A stretch of DNA of 64,000 nt from Ramazzottius varieornatus (GCA_001949185.1 BDGG01000001.1:8812721-8876720), one strand, 5' to 3'. Numbered from the stretch's first letter, positions 39,415 to 53,612 are shown. Notes: generated by a model from the letters alone, not told the origin. Numbers and translations are program-made.

Positions 39415-40720
39415 TTACTGGCTCTTCAACCCTGAAAGACAAATGAGGATATATGGATCGCGGCAAACAAACTCGACACTCCGTTTCGTTTTCAAGTGGT
39501 GCACATTTATGGTGTTCGTAGCCAGCTGGACAAGTGGGTGTTCCAAGTAGCGCACGCCTTCAGCCAACAACACCCGAAACGTGCGTCACTTGGGAATCAA
39601 CCTGGTCGAATCTGCCGAGCTCCTGCATTATATGTACACGATCATCCAAGCAAAAATCGAAGTCTGAATACCTTCGAAGTGAGCAGGCGGAGTGTAATAG
39701 GTGGACGAAGGGGTGGCGATCCGATGATGGACCCGCCTTGGCGTAGGCGTGTGCGGCACTTCGCCTGTTGGGTGCTCCGTCGCATCGTTCTTCACATCGT
39801 CCACTTTCGGCTCGGCCAAGGATGCGGAAGAGCTAGAAGGTCGGCTACTATGTTGCGGTGTACCCATCTGAATTTTGGACGTTGACGCTTCTTCGGCCTG
39901 GCGTTTGACGTGTGAAGGAACGGGCTTCGCCTCAAGTGGGCCCAAGCCGGAACTGGACGCTCCGGGCTGGAAGCCTTCCTTCGGTGACCCTGGCGGCGTG
40001 AGTTGCTTCGCTAGATGCTGTACTTCCACGGGGTGACCTATCTTCGCCACAGGAGCATCTGCATAAAGAATTAAACACTGCAGTTCCATTTCAACGACTG
40101 GGAGCTCGGCAGACAAACTGGACAAGATTGCTTTTCCAAGTGGCGCAAGCTTCCAGCGTTATTGGCTGACAGCGTGCACCCCTTGGAGAGACCATCTTGC
40201 CGAGTTGATCTCACTGTACATTTGATTTTGTGGTCGACTTGCCTTTTTCAGAATTTTGTAGAATATATCTCTTTAAGCCCCCATGTACCTTGTTTAACTG
40301 ACAGTCTAGCTTTCACAGCGGACTTGAGTGGCACAGGAGCAGCTCCCGCATGAGCGGCGCAAGCGCAGTTCGCACGGTGAGGGGCAGCTTCTGTGGACAC
40401 GTTACTCTTAGCGGTCCGGGCCAGGGATGAAAATGTTGGACCTGAAACAACATCACTGAAATTGTGCAAAGCAGTGTCACGTAAGAGAAACAACACCGCT
40501 TTGGTGGCAGTAGCTGCATTCATTGCAGTCTTAAAGAAGAAAGTAACACCCATCAAAGCTTACGCATGTAGCTTCCGGATCTGCCTAGTGCGACCTCTCG
40601 CTGAACGTTGCCTTTAAGCATATACAGTGATCCAGGGAAGATAGTTGCGTGAGACTGAGATTTCCAGCCGGAAAAGGGAATCCTGGACATGTGCCCGTCG
40701 AGTGGAAGCTGGTCAGCCAT
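39415..40720 (-). CDS. Hypothetical low-complexity (P/S/A-rich) protein, 4 exons
   Basis: ATG at 40720; three GT-AG introns whose phases join open frames; no recognisable domain. Confidence 0.5.
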
Positions 40721-43700
40721 GGCCGGGAGGAAGCTTGTGGGCCACTCTAACTGGAACGATCCAACGCGATACTGCGCCTGTCAGACCTGCCAGAAAGAAC
40801 CGGTGGGAAACGGAAGGTGTAGCCTCACAACCCTGGTTCCTGAGGAGGTAAAGCGCTGCCAGAAGTTAGCAGAAGACATTTGCATCGTGATATATACTCT
40901 GGTATTCGATCGGTGGTCAAAAAAAAATGGAGGTTTTCTTTTATGAAAGTGAAGAGTAAAAAGAAACAACAACAAGATGATTCAGCTTTCTTCCCGGACT
41001 GCGGCTTCAACCAGCCGGTCCAGCCAAACGCGTGAACGAAAGGTTGAGGGGACAAGGCTCGACGGTGACCGGGCATTTTCTGCCGTTTCGAACTTTATAC
41101 CTCGGAAAGGGGCGAAAATTTTGCAGAATTCGTTTTCAAACTACATCAGACCGGACATAAAATAAGTTTGTTCGTGTCCGTGTTTCTATGATCTTCCCCG
41201 TTAAGATCATCATGAAGACCAGTGTGATCCATCGGCTGTTCAAGTCACCGATTGCAGTCTGCAGTCGTAGTTCGAGCAGGAGCCTTGCAACCAAGGCCGT
41301 CAGTTCTCCAGATGATGGGGCGGAATATTCCACAGACAGGTCGGACGTAGTCATCTCCCCCGACGCCGCCCGCCACTTCATCGAACGATGCATCCGAAGA
41401 GCAGGAGCAAACGCGAGCCATGCACAACAACTAGCAGACGTCCTGGTGACAGCTGACTATCGTGGTCATTACTCCCACGGCTTGGCGCACTTGGGTTAGG
41501 CATAAACTGATTTCTGATCAAGCTGGCCTGAGTTAGGTGATTTGAGCCTTGTCGTCTTTGCTCTGCAGATATGTACGTTGGAGACCTGAAGAATAACCTG
41601 ACAAACCTAGCAGGAATCCCTGGAATTCTGAAAGAAACGGTATCTACGGCTCTGGTCGACGGAAATCATCTTCTCGGTAAGCAAGAATGGAATTTCTCCA
41701 TGTTTTATATCCAAAGCGGCTCATGACGTCATGGTTAGGGTGGGCGCGTCCAGGTTGTATTTCGGTATACTGTTGAACTTGCGTAACGTCCTGGGCCTAC
41801 AAGAAAGGGTATTTTTATTGGGTTTTTTTGACAGGGCCCGTTGTGGGGAACTATGCGATGGGACTGGCCATTACAAAAGCAAAGGCTACCGGGATCGGTT
41901 GGGTCGCTACACGAGGTAGGACAGAGCACGTTTCTGCAGAAATCCAGGAATTTAGGAGAGTCTCGTTGTATGTTTAGCTTCAAATCACTTCGGTATTGCT
42001 GGATACTACGCACTGCAAGCAGTCCGCAACGACATGATCGGCTTGGTCTTTTGCAATTCTAGCCCTTCGGCCGCTCCACTTCGCACCAGAACAGTAAGCT
42101 TGATCTTTTTCTACGCTTCAGTATTTCCTTTTCTGGTCGTTGTAACTTTGTGGCGTCCCTGATGTAAGAGCTCGGCAGACAAAATGGACAAGATCGTTTT
42201 CTTTAAGTGGCGCATGTTTCCCGTCTTATCGAGTGAAGAGGGGCGCCACTTGGAAAAACGCTGTGGATTGTTTGTCGAACTATCAATTTGCTGTTGAATT
42301 TTAGCTTGCACTTGGGACCAATGCATTGTGTATGGCTGCGCCAGCTGCCAACGGTGACTACTTTGCCATGGATATGGCTGTCAGTACGGTGGCACGAGGC
42401 AAAGTGGAACTGGCCATGCGCGCTGGTCAGAAGGTCCCTTCGAGCTGGGGCCTCAACAAGGAAGGCCAGCACACAACCAATCCCGCCGAGCTCTTCCATG
42501 GCGGCAGCCTTCTTCCTCTCGGCGGTATGCTCTGCATAACGATGATCTGACTTTCTGTAGATGGACATAGGTCAATTGTTTCTGGCAACTAGGAGAGGAA
42601 TCAACGGGCGGCTACAAAGGCTACGGGCTGAACCTGATGGTGGAAATTCTCTGTGGAATTTTAGCTGACGCGGCCTTCGGTCCACTTGTTCGAGCTTGGG
42701 GAGATCCTTCGGGCGAAGCCAATTTGGTATTCTGTTTTCACCGAAAGTATTTGTAGCTTTTGATCAGTCATTCTTTCTAATCCAGAAAGATTCCCTTTTT
42801 ATAGGGTCAGTGCTTCGGTGCGATCGATGTCAACTGTTTTGGCAATGGCTTCCAGCAGCGTTTGAGTGCCTTGTTGAACATCATGAGGCACATGGATCCG
42901 GTAAGTCTTGTGGCTCGTCGAGTCGTCCTTTTCGCAGATCGACTTTTCCATACAACGTGGTTTTATTGCATCGCAGACCGATACCAAAGCGCCGGTGTTA
43001 GTACCGGGCGATCCGGAACGGCAGCACATGCTCAAGTGCGACCGGCTGGCTGGCATTCCCTACCCTGCAGATATCGTTCGTCGAGCAGGAGAAATTGCCC
43101 ACAAACTGGGCGTCCAGCCTTTGCTGTGAAAAGGACTATCGCTGGTCAAAACCAGCCCAATTCCTGGCTGAATATTTGACGTATTCCAACACAATCCGTT
43201 TACCGCAAACCTTGACGCTCAGTTTTATAGTTTTACAAATGGACCATGCACGCATTCCTCAAAATTGGCTTTTAATTCTTCTTTCGTCTTCGACTTGATT
43301 GATGATTGAGCATTCCGGTACAAAATACAAAGTGATGATCAGACATTGAAGAAAAGAATATTGGTGGAGGGGGTGTGATTATTTTTTGATGCTGAGTTCA
43401 AAGTCATAGCAGCCGATGGACTGGTTCTTCTGCTTGATGACAATGTGGAACTTGAAGTCACCTTGGACCAGCTCGGGTGGGTACTGCTTTGTGTCAATCT
43501 CGTACTCTAGATCCTTGACCGAGTACTTGCCGATGGGGAAGGGACAACTGCAGGGCAGCTTGGCCTCAATGATGGGCTGCGGACACGGCGGCGGAGGAAG
43601 ACGCGAGCACACATCGGCATAGTTGCAACTTCCTGGTAAGACAAGGCAAAACTATCGTTGCGTCGTAACTTTTGAACGTTCTTCAATTTTAGGTATGTGA

Positions 43701-44316
43701 CATTTTACCGAAATCATCGACACATGGAAGGTTGACCCAAACGAAGACCTTCTTTTCAACGACTACATCGATCTACAAGGAGAAAGGCTGACGGTAAGCT
43801 CAGATTGTCATATGGCCGCTTTCTTCAATGAGGTATACCTCAATGGGTGCAGTGATGTCTCGAAGAATTTCGCCGGAAGCTGTGACTTTGAGCGGTTCTG
43901 AAGATAAGGAAAGCTACGATCTTTCAACGTTAGCAAACAATAGATGTGTCATTTTGCTTTTCGGCCGAAGAAGAAAGACTTACGGCCAAGCTGGAGGGGA
44001 TCGGGAGACAGAGTGAGGTTGGTCAACTTGATGGCATCGTCAGGTCCGCCACAGCTTTTCCATGAGAAATGAGCAAGTTTCCGCTGAACCGGATAAACTT
44101 TCTGTGAAACAAAGCGCTACTGTTGAACTTTGAAAAATTATCCTTTTCTCGATGGCAGTCAGGAGCTCGAGCAACAAGCTCGCTAAGCAAACTGGAAAAG
44201 ATTGTTTCCCCAAGTGGCGCGCTCTTCTGGTGTAAATGGCTGGAAGCGTGCGCCAGTTCGTGAAACAATCGCGGCGCACATTTGCAGTGTTGTTGGCTGG
44301 AAGCGTGCGCCACCTA
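39544..44316. repeat. N25 element clusters at 39544, 40137, 42204 and 44211/44268 (all intronic)
   Basis: Five units with 25-nt spacers; 40102 and 42168 carry the outer GAGCTCGGCAGACAAA terminus. Confidence 0.88.
41212..43129 (+). CDS. Ldh_2 family (type 2 malate/L-lactate dehydrogenase-like) oxidoreductase with a mitochondrial-type presequence
   Basis: ADYRGHYSHG, SNHFGIAGYY, LGTNAL, DMAVSTVARGK, GGYKGYGL, VLVPGDPE. Confidence 0.92.
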
Positions 44317-44602
44317 GAGAGACGATCTTGTCGAGTTCGCTCCATTCAATGTTCATGTCAATGTTTCTGTCTTTTTCTGACCTTGACAGTGGAAACTGGC
44401 GTACCTGCGTCGGATGAAGCTTGGGCTGGGCCTTATGGTGTGGGCGCGCCCTGGCCAGAAGGAGTTCGTCCCAGTTGTACTGGATGAGGTTGTCTTCCTC
44501 ACTGTGCCCGCGCTTCCCGCTGGACAGGCAAGAGACGAAGGATGAGCCGAGGCAGAAGAGTAGCACCACGGCCGCAAAGGTTGGCTTTTTTGCAAAGGTC
44601 AT
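43379..44602 (-). CDS. GM2A: GM2 ganglioside activator-like (ML domain) protein
   Basis: Signal peptide; FSWKSC..LTLSPDP; PCVDDFGSCNYADVC; LPCSCPFPIGKY; IGCY. Confidence 0.85.
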
Positions 44603-45099
44603 TTTGCTTTTCCTAAAATTGCACAACGACGACAAAGGATGACAAAGAAGTTTTGCTCGTTTCACAAGTCAAGATGGTCGAGACTAAAGAAGATTTGCCC
44701 TCGCCACTGCGTCGCTGCTTCTTTGTTTGTGGCAGCAGCATTTACAGCTGAGGTTTCGCTGAGCCTTGCCCACAAAAGCCACAGTGAGTGCAGTCATTTG
44801 TTTTCCGATTGTAATCAGGGAAGTTGGACTTTGGTTTGTCATTTCCTCAGAATATCAGCTTAATCATCGGCAACGGCGCCATGCGCAAGACGGGTAGTAG
44901 ATCGGCAGAACAAGCAGGAGGAAAATACCATGACTCCATGACTATACTACCCTAAGTGCGCCATTACTCTGGCTGACTATTCTACGGCCTTTCATATAAG
45001 CCTTTTGCAAAATCTCTGCTGCCACATTACTTTTTCCGTATGAATTTTGAAGTACAGCTTCTATTCTGAAATTGGTTGTTGTGCATTGGACATTGCAAA

Positions 45100-46135
45100 A
45101 TGTCTGCCTTAGGTACTACCTCCATTTTGGCCGTTCTTCTGGTTTTTGGATTTGTGAGTGGCGGCTTGATAGATCTTGGACAAGATGCTCTGGATGCGGC
45201 AAAGTACCCCCTCATCACAGGTATGGCTCGATCAACTGATCCCCTCAAATATGAGGAACTCTGTCTGGGAGTCTGCTGTCAATTAACCCTTTTTTGGCAG
45301 GCTTTTACCGTATCGAGATGCACGTTGACCGTTTGGATACGCAGGGCAAGTCTCACACTGGACTGTCCTGCGACCCCATTGGAGGATGCGACCCCAAAAT
45401 CAAAGCTTTCATTGACACGTAAGATTTACTCTCTTTCGGCAGATGATACAGCCATACAACCATGAGGAAGAAAATTCTGACAACTAACATTGCAATGTCG
45501 CCGAATATCTCAAATTGGACAATATGAAGAACGCGCCACTACAATGATCACTTTATGGGTTCATCGAGTTTTGTCATGTAGGGAAACGCCCAATCGGGAC
45601 TTTGGGGGAGATTCTGTGCCGTACGATAATTACATCGTTTTGTATGAGGGAAATGACTCTGAGAAGGTCGTGCCCATTGGCAAGACCATCTCGCGCGACA
45701 TCTGTGGAAAGGGCGTGAGGAAGGTGGCCATGAGAGTACGCGCCATGGACAAGGACACCGTCAATGACGGTATGGTGCTTGTCTTTCCTCTTCCTACAGC
45801 GCTACTTCGCAGCCTAAGAGGTCCTTCATGCTTTTACAGATAAGATCGACAACTACAAGTGTTTCATAACGGGAGAAAATGCACCAGCGGCCAGCGCCGA
45901 CACGGCCGAGTGGTCGGCGGAAATCGCCTGTCCCGGCGAGGACAGACCCACCTCCAAGGTCTTCCTCAAATACAGGTCAGGCACACACAGCACCAATTGC
46001 ATGCCGGTCATAGCCCACTGGAAGAAGGGCATATTTGACTGTCTTTGCTTTGACAGGTGGTACGCCATCCCGGAAAGCACCTGCCGACCATCCAGCAACG
46101 GCAAAGGCCTTTTCAGCGGACTTTTGTCCAGATAA
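45100..46135 (+). CDS. Secreted C2-like beta-sandwich protein resembling tardigrade AMNP (Mn-dependent peroxidase family)
   Basis: Signal peptide; CDPIGGCDP and MDKD acidic pairs about 65 aa apart; 5 exons in consistent phase, ending LLSR*. Family assignment is from motif recollection. Confidence 0.65.
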
Positions 46136-46594
46136 GAAGCTCTCTCCAACAGCACATCTAGACCTAACTCGGGCCATTACCTCCAACAAGCTATGCCCTA
46201 AAAGTATCTCTAGCAAACGATGTCCCACAAGCCAAATCTGCTAGCACGGAAAATGGTCTTCTGTTGTCGCAGTTGTTACCATTTGATAGAACGTTGGAAA
46301 TTCACGATAGCTAACCAAATTCACGTCTGGCCCGATTGCCTCGAGACTGCAACATTGAAGATGACATATCGGCCATTCATGCCAAATAAATATTCATGGC
46401 CGATAACATGCAGATAAGGCTGGTGTGAGGAAGAAGCACGCTTGCGTCATGTTTGAGATACCTCAGCCTGAATGGGTGGTCATAATCAGGCCGATAGAAA
46501 GATTCCATATCGCTTCGATGTCCGTTAATTTCCAGCAATTAACTGGAGCAGGAGCAAGGCTTTTATTGCCTGGAACTGTGGAACGTGAGAAACA

Positions 46595-48426
46595 ATGGTT
46601 TTTCCAGCGGCTTTGACCAATCTGATTCCGCAGAATTTGGATTTTGGAGGCGGCTTTGGACTGTTGGCCATTTTAGCCGTCGTCTTTCCTTACATCCAAC
46701 GGCTGGCTCTCTTCTTCTTCAAGTTCAATATCACTGAAAATGTTAGCGCTTTGTTCCACGAGTCGAGGATGCTGGGAAGGCTGCTGGGCGGCAACTCGGT
46801 GTTTGGAGCTACGGTGGGCGTTGTCGGTATGGGGGCAATCGTCGCTTTTCTGCAGAAAACATGGGACTACCTCAAAGAGCTCTACACTGAATATTTCTCC
46901 ATATCTCTGGAGATTCCTAGCCATGATTCAAGTTATTGGGATATTCTAGAATGGATTCACGAGAAGCAAATCAAGACTACGAAAAAGTTAAGCCTTCAAA
47001 CGGGAACCCGCCAGACATTAACAGGCAAATGGCAGAGCCAGTACGATTTCATACCTGCTGTAGGAACCCACAAATTCAGGTAAGGCTTTTTCACACGGCT
47101 CACAGAGATCCCATAGACTCGATGCCGAAACGTAATATTATGGAAGCCTTTGCGAACAAGCTCCATAAGATATCATTTCTTAGGTGAAGAGGGCTTTTTT
47201 TCCAAGTGGCGCAATCTTCCGGCAAGTAATACTGGGAATGCGCGCCACTTGAGCAAACGATCTTGAGCTGCCAAGCTCTCAGTCCAAAAGTTGCTCTTTG
47301 GCAGCTGGCCTTTACGAACATGGAAGCTTTTTCCAGGTTCCAGGGCAAGAAATTCCAAGCCGAGCGGATCCGTCCCGAGAAGACGGAGGATGCGGCATTT
47401 TCACCGTCCCGTTCGGAGAACGTCGTCCTCTCAGCCATGGGAAGAGATACTTCCGTCTTCCGCCACATGCTGACCGAAGTCAAGAAGTTTAAAGAAATCA
47501 AGAAGGAGGGAAAGACTATGATCTACACGGCCTGGCAGGGCAACTGGCAGAGCTCCGGCTTTGGAAAGCGCAAGCGACCTCTGAACTCGGTCATCCTGGA
47601 CGATGGCATCGCCGAGAATATCCTGGAGGATATTGAGGACTTTATGAATAGCGCCGAGTGGTACACCGAGTTTGGCGTTCCTTATCGGCGCGGCTACCTT
47701 CTCTACGGACCTCCCGGCACCGGAAAGACCAGCTTTATCAGCGCTGTCGCTGGCAAGTTCGATTTGAACGTCTGCATTGTCAACCTCTCCGATAAAAGTC
47801 TCAACGACGATGGTACGTACGTACAGTAAATCCTTCCGACCTAGCTAGCGACGAAATCACTTTTGTACTGTATTTCCCAGTTCTCAACCGTCTGCTTATC
47901 GACGCTCCGGAAAACTCCCTGATTCTGTTGGAAGGCAAAGCTAGCCTAATTTGCGATCGAGTGTTTGTACGGTATGGCCGCGTGAATATTCGTAGATGTG
48001 GATGCGGCCTTCCGGGCGCGTGAAACAGAAAGGCAGACAGAAGAGATATCTGAAGCGGCAACGATTTCCGAAGGAACGACCCGGCTAACATTCAGCGGGC
48101 TTTTGAACGCGCTGGACGGTGTGGCTTCGGCCGAAGGACGCATTCTCTTCATGACCACCAACTACGTCGAAAGACTGGACCGTGCACTGGTACGGCCCGG
48201 GCGAGTAGACTGCCGGCAGTACGTGGGCTACGCCACCAAACATCAAGTCCAATGCATGTTCAGGAGGTTCTACAGCAACGCCACCGACCAAGAAACCCAC
48301 AGATTCGTTCAGGGTGTTTTTCACACGTCGGAGAACCCGCAAATCAGCTTGGCCAGAATTCAAGAACTTTTCCTGAAGTGCAAGCACGATCCGGCTGCCA
48401 TATTTGACAATCTTTCGCAATTATGA
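46595..48426 (+). CDS. BCS1L: Mitochondrial AAA chaperone BCS1
   Basis: KRPLNSVILD, GVPYRRGYLLYGPPGTGKTS, LLEDVDAAF, LTFSGLLNALDGVAS, MTTNY..LVRPGRVD. Confidence 0.95.
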
Positions 48427-51040
48427 ACCTCTACACATTCATTCCGCTGGACAACGTCGTCCCGGTCGAACAACTCGGCATGCCTTTCATATTGCCCCAT
48501 TTTTCCTTCGTTATGTTCGACATTGTTTTTCAAATTTTAGAGAGTTGCACTAAAAAAAGAGGACAGCGTCTATAAGCTCTAGATAGACAGATCCCGTCAG
48601 TTGTAATATCAAATCTGTCCGATGACGCAGTTCGGTTGGTCCCTGAACAACAGAAATGGGCGAACAGGATGACAGTCAACATGTTGTTATGTTATATGGA
48701 AATTACGTTGCTGGTGGTGCATGTTATGTCAATATGTGATGTCGTCACTGACACAGCCTGACAGCCTTGAGGATCATTTCCACTTCCGGTTTGGATAGAT
48801 GGATGACGATAAGCTAGGTTACGGTTACCCAACGATTTATCGGCTCATTTCATGTCTATTGATCGTTCATCAGTGATACAGTCGCACCTGGCAGGAGGCA
48901 TGCCTTGGCTGCAGCACCCGCACGTCAAGGGAATGCCGGAGCGCCGTCCTTGACAATTGTTTTCTGTATTATTTCCAGATGATATGGCGTCAAATGAGAT
49001 CGTGGTCACTTCGGAGGCCTTCGAGGACGACGATGGCCTTCCGCACCCCTACACCAGCGAGCACAGCTTCGCCACCAGTACCACCAACAAGACGACTAAC
49101 GACTACGATAACGGCCATGCATGGTGTGTGGCCTTCGTGGGCTTCCTGACGCAGATGCTCATCTTTGGATCGGTCCTGACGTTTGGCGTCTACTTCGTCG
49201 CCTACCAGGAAGCCTTCCCAGAGTATCAGCCCAGAGTGATATTATGGATCGGATCACTGGCGTATGGCATCATGTTTCTGACAGGTAATTAGAATTCAGT
49301 ACTGTAAATATCTACTCTAGAAGACAAGTGATAAGATTATCTTAACATAACCGGTGTCATTGGCACTCAAACACCGCCAGCGGCTCTCAAGCGTCGACAA
49401 AATAATCTTTTGTTGAATTGTGGGGAGCGATGAATAGGTCTTGATGACCGCTTTTTTTCAAAATTAATCGACTGGAAAAAACCTATGAGAAAAGATGAAA
49501 GAATTGGGAGCTCCCGCAGACAAACTCGACAAGATCGTCTTTGCAAGTGGCGCACGCTTCCAGCTGGTGACACGGCAGACGTGCGCCACCTGGGAAAACA
49601 ATCTTGTTGGGCTTGGCGGATGACGTCATGTGCTTTGTCAGCAGCTAATATGCCATGTCATATTACGTACACACTGCATCACCACAAGGCTTTGCAATTC
49701 AGCCCTCTTATTCTTTAGGTCCCTTTTCGAGTATGGTCATCAGCCGGATCGGGACATTTCACGCGATGCTCTTGTCAGCCACACTGGTCACTCTGGGCTA
49801 CGTAACCAGTTATTTCGCCCAAGATCCCTACCATCTTTTCATCACCTTTGGGCTGTTTGTCGGTAAGGTCTTTAAGACGCCTTCGGCCAACCCTTCCATT
49901 GTTCGGACTGGAAAGTTTTCTCCTCGGAAACATTCTCAGTTCTGATGGGTACTTTGCAGGTATGGCTTTCAGTCTGGCCTTTCTTTCCTGTTATGCCGTC
50001 CTCAACGACTACTTTACTACGCGATTACTACGCGTGGCTCAAATCATCATTACGGTGGGCGGAGGCGTGGGAATATTCATCTTTAATGCCGTATTCCAGT
50101 TCCTGATCAACGAATACGGTAAGCAGACATCATTTAGACCTGTCAATGTTACTGGCTTAAAGTGTGCGCCGCTTGGGAAAGTCGTCCAAAAGGTTGTTTT
50201 CCAAGTGGCGCTATTCTATCAGCCAGCAACGCCAACAACGTGCGCCAGTTGGGAAAACAATCTTGACAACTTTTCCGAATGGCGCAGGCATTCGGTTTGT
50301 AAACCTGGAGGCGCGCCACTCGGAAAAACAGTCTTGCTGATTCCGGCATATTAAACTGGGAGCGTACTTGTGTGCTTTTTCAGGTTGGCGAGGTTCGATG
50401 CTGATCAATGCCGGCCTATACAGCCACTTTTTCGTCTTCGCTCTGGTGATGAAGCCGCGTCCCCGCGATGTGTCCGTCAAGCGGATGACGCTGGGCCAGA
50501 TCATGGCAGTCCACGTCCTCTTCAACCGCAAGTTCCAGCTCTTCCTCGTCCACGTCGTGATCTGGAACGTCGGCTTCATGATCGTCTTTTCTCTGCTGAA
50601 CAGCTTCATTGTAGAGAAGGGTTTGACGGCAGACGAGGCCGCGCTGATTGGCATGGTCGGTGGTATACTCAACGCCATCGGCCGCGTGGCGGCGGTCCCG
50701 CTGGAGAGGGTGCTGGATCCCAAGAAGGCCTACGTGGGGACGACAGTAGCAATGGGGCTCTTTGAGGTCCTCATTCTGGCCGGAGGAAGCTTCTTCGGCT
50801 ATGCCATACCCTTAGCCATCGCCAACTTCGCTTTCGGCATCATGGTACGGTGAACCAGTATATCAACACAAAAAAAGAAATGAGTTGCTTATTTGGCAAA
50901 GAAACCTTTGTGTTTTATCAAGTGGCGCGCGTTGCTACTGTTGTCGGCTGGAAAGGTGCGCCACTTTGCAAGCACCATCTTGTTGAGGTGCCAAGTGGCC
51001 GACCTTCTGCAGTTTTTAGGCTAGAAGCGTCTGCACACTT
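47203..51040. repeat. N25 element clusters at 47203 (BCS1 intron) and 49544, 50202/50276, 50919/50992 (MCT introns)
   Basis: Spacers are 25 nt except 26 nt at 50202 and 23 nt at 50276. Confidence 0.85.
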
Positions 51041-51530
51041 ACGAGAGTAAACTGGGCCAATGTGATGGAAATAGTCCATGCGTCGCTGCATTGCACTTTT
51101 TGGCTTTGCAGATATGTTACTTGGTACCGGTGATTGGTGAACTGGTCGGTTTCGACAACATCACGCCGGCATTAGGATACTCGAATTTCTCTCAAGGCAT
51201 TGCCGGCCTCTTGAGCCCTGTGTTACTCGGTAGGTCGTTTCATCGGACTGGTGAGAATATATAGAATAAAGTGAATGTGATCAGTTATTTCCGCACTGTT
51301 TTGTAGCGCTGATTGAGGGAGGAGCCAAGTTTGCCGTTGGTGGTGGCCTCACCGTCCTTTCCGGACTTTTGGTTGCTCTTTCAATCTGGATGCTGATGAA
51401 AGAGAGGGCCAGGAGGCAGGACACCAAGGTTCTCAATCCTGCCAACGGTCCTGTCGAGTTTAAAAGCGACCAAGACGGCGGACATCTTTTGAACAGTTCG
51501 ACGTCCAAGACCAACACCGCCATCATCTGA
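48984..51530 (+). CDS. Monocarboxylate transporter-like (SLC16, MFS)
   Basis: DNGHAWCVAFVGF, TFGVYF, WIGSLAYG, GWRGSMLINAG, about 12 TM segments over spliced exons. Confidence 0.85.
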
Positions 51531-51887
51531 AAGTAGCTTGATATAGTTGCCCCTTTTTACTCTTTGCCAGTATTACTCCCTCCTTCGGAAGGTCGCCTCA
51601 ATCAGAAATCGTTTACTCAACTACTACTACTCACAACTGAAGTTTTCATTTCCTCATAAGATGGTGCCTACTCATTTTTATTACCTCTCTGTTTCATCAT
51701 GGAATTTCTTCGCAAATTTCATATTTTAGTACATTAGAATTTGTTCAACGCCTCGATGTCTGTCCCATATTCCTCGTCTGAAAAATACCGGTGATGGATA
51801 TCAGTAAGATGAAAAGCACTTTTGAGTGTGAGAGTACAAAGTTTATAGTCACAGTAAAAAAAAGTGAAAAGATCGAAAAGTGTCTTT

Positions 51888-53184
51888 TCACATTAGACCA
51901 AAGACTTTGAGAGCATTTTGTGTCGTGCTCATGGCCACGACTTGGGGCACCGTCTTCATATAGGCCGCAATCATCTCGACGATGGTCGGCAAGGCACAGG
52001 GTTCGTTGCGCTGAAAGCTACAATATCTGTTGAGAAAGTTTAGCGACTTCTCTGTCAAAGCTTCTTTGATGGTCTTTGGCACTTTGGATGCTTTGACGTT
52101 GGGGAACATGTAGGGTGAGTCGGTCTCGACCAGCAGCCTGTCCAGTGGAATCAGTCGTTCTTCCAAGATGGCCCGCACCCCGTCTGGTGCTTTGTCCTTC
52201 CAGAGAAAACCTACGGGAAAAGTCGTCCTAGTTTTCAGTGACATTGTCGTAAAATAAGATGGACAAGTTCCACCTGTTGCAACATCCGGCCAAGTTTTCT
52301 TTTTACCTGTTAGTCCGATATAAAATCCGAGGTCGATGTATCTTTTCGCTTCGGCTTTTGTACCGGTGAAACTGCAAAGCAATCTCTTCTGTACTATTTA
52401 GGTTAGATAAAGTCGTACAGACAGGATGTAGGTGAAACTTTTTAACGTACCAATGTATCACAGTGGGTGGAAGTTGAGTCTGATATTTTAAAAGCACACT
52501 GAGCAAGGCTTCGCTGGCTTCTCTTTCATGGACGAACAGTGGTTTTTTTAGGCGGCAGGCGATGGCGACCTGCTTCTCAAACACCTCAATCTGGACATCC
52601 CGCGGAGAGAAGTCACGGTTAAAATCTAATCCACATTCGCCTGTAATTAGGCCGAACTTGTAATTTGTGAACGTTCCCTGATTTAATTTTCGGCGGAATG
52701 AAGAACGCTCGATCTCCTACCAATAGCGACGCATTCTGGATTCTGTGCCAGTTCAACGATGCTTTGTTCGCAAGAGTCGGTCCACTCCTTTGCGTCGTGG
52801 GGATGGACACCGGCGGTCGAGTAAAGCTGGCCAGGATACAAACGTGATAAGCGCAAAGCTACGAAATAGCATACCAAGATCGTATCAACTAACACATGAC
52901 GTCAGAGAATTGAGCGGGCGTGACCATTTTCTGTACAGCGTCATGCTGGAATATTTATGACGTCACTATCAGAATGTTCGTTTATTACCGTCTTTGCTGT
53001 TTTCGATGGACGATCCCGTCACGATAATCTTAAAGACTCCCGACTCGAGCGCTCGTTCAACAACTTGATCCAGTTCTCGGCCGAATTTGCCACTGGTCAG
53101 GTTGGCTCCAATGTCCACGATCTGGTACGGTGCGGAAGTCTTGTTGCTAGCGACATCTCCGGCGGCAAGAGGCGCAGTGGACAT
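51888..53184 (-). CDS. tatD: TatD family nuclease
   Basis: IVDIGANLT, STAGVHPHDA, AIGECGLDFNRDFS, LFVHERE, VIHCFTG, LLVETDSPY, RNEP. Confidence 0.93.
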
Positions 53185-53612
53185 AGTATTGCTCCTTTTC
53201 AGCTGGGACAGGGGGAACCTCAACAACGAGTGAACGAAGCGAGCTCGACTCCACATTAACGACTATCCATGCAAGATATGACGCTCAGTCATCCGAGAAG
53301 ATAGCCATATGCGAGAAGATTCAGAAGAAATAATTGCAAAAGTACCTAACGGAACCTCTCTGTCCCCATACATTACCTGACATAACATGACGTTGCTATG
53401 TCACCGTTATGTGATCATATGACATCATTTACATCACAGTCAACATTACGATTTACTATCTTTCTCCATAATCGGCAGAGAATCGCTCCGCTCCCCCACG
53501 TTCTCCTTTCCTAACTCCTGAATCCTGATCTGTCTGGACTCTTACGAAGCACGGAACTATTTTCACAAATCAGAAGCGTACTGGATGAGCGGAGATCTGT
53601 GTACGTGTCTCG

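Noticed and set aside
41212-43129. Ldh_2 dehydrogenase as a recent horizontal transfer from bacteria
   Set aside because: It has about 7 introns and a targeting presequence, and the family is already known in invertebrates.
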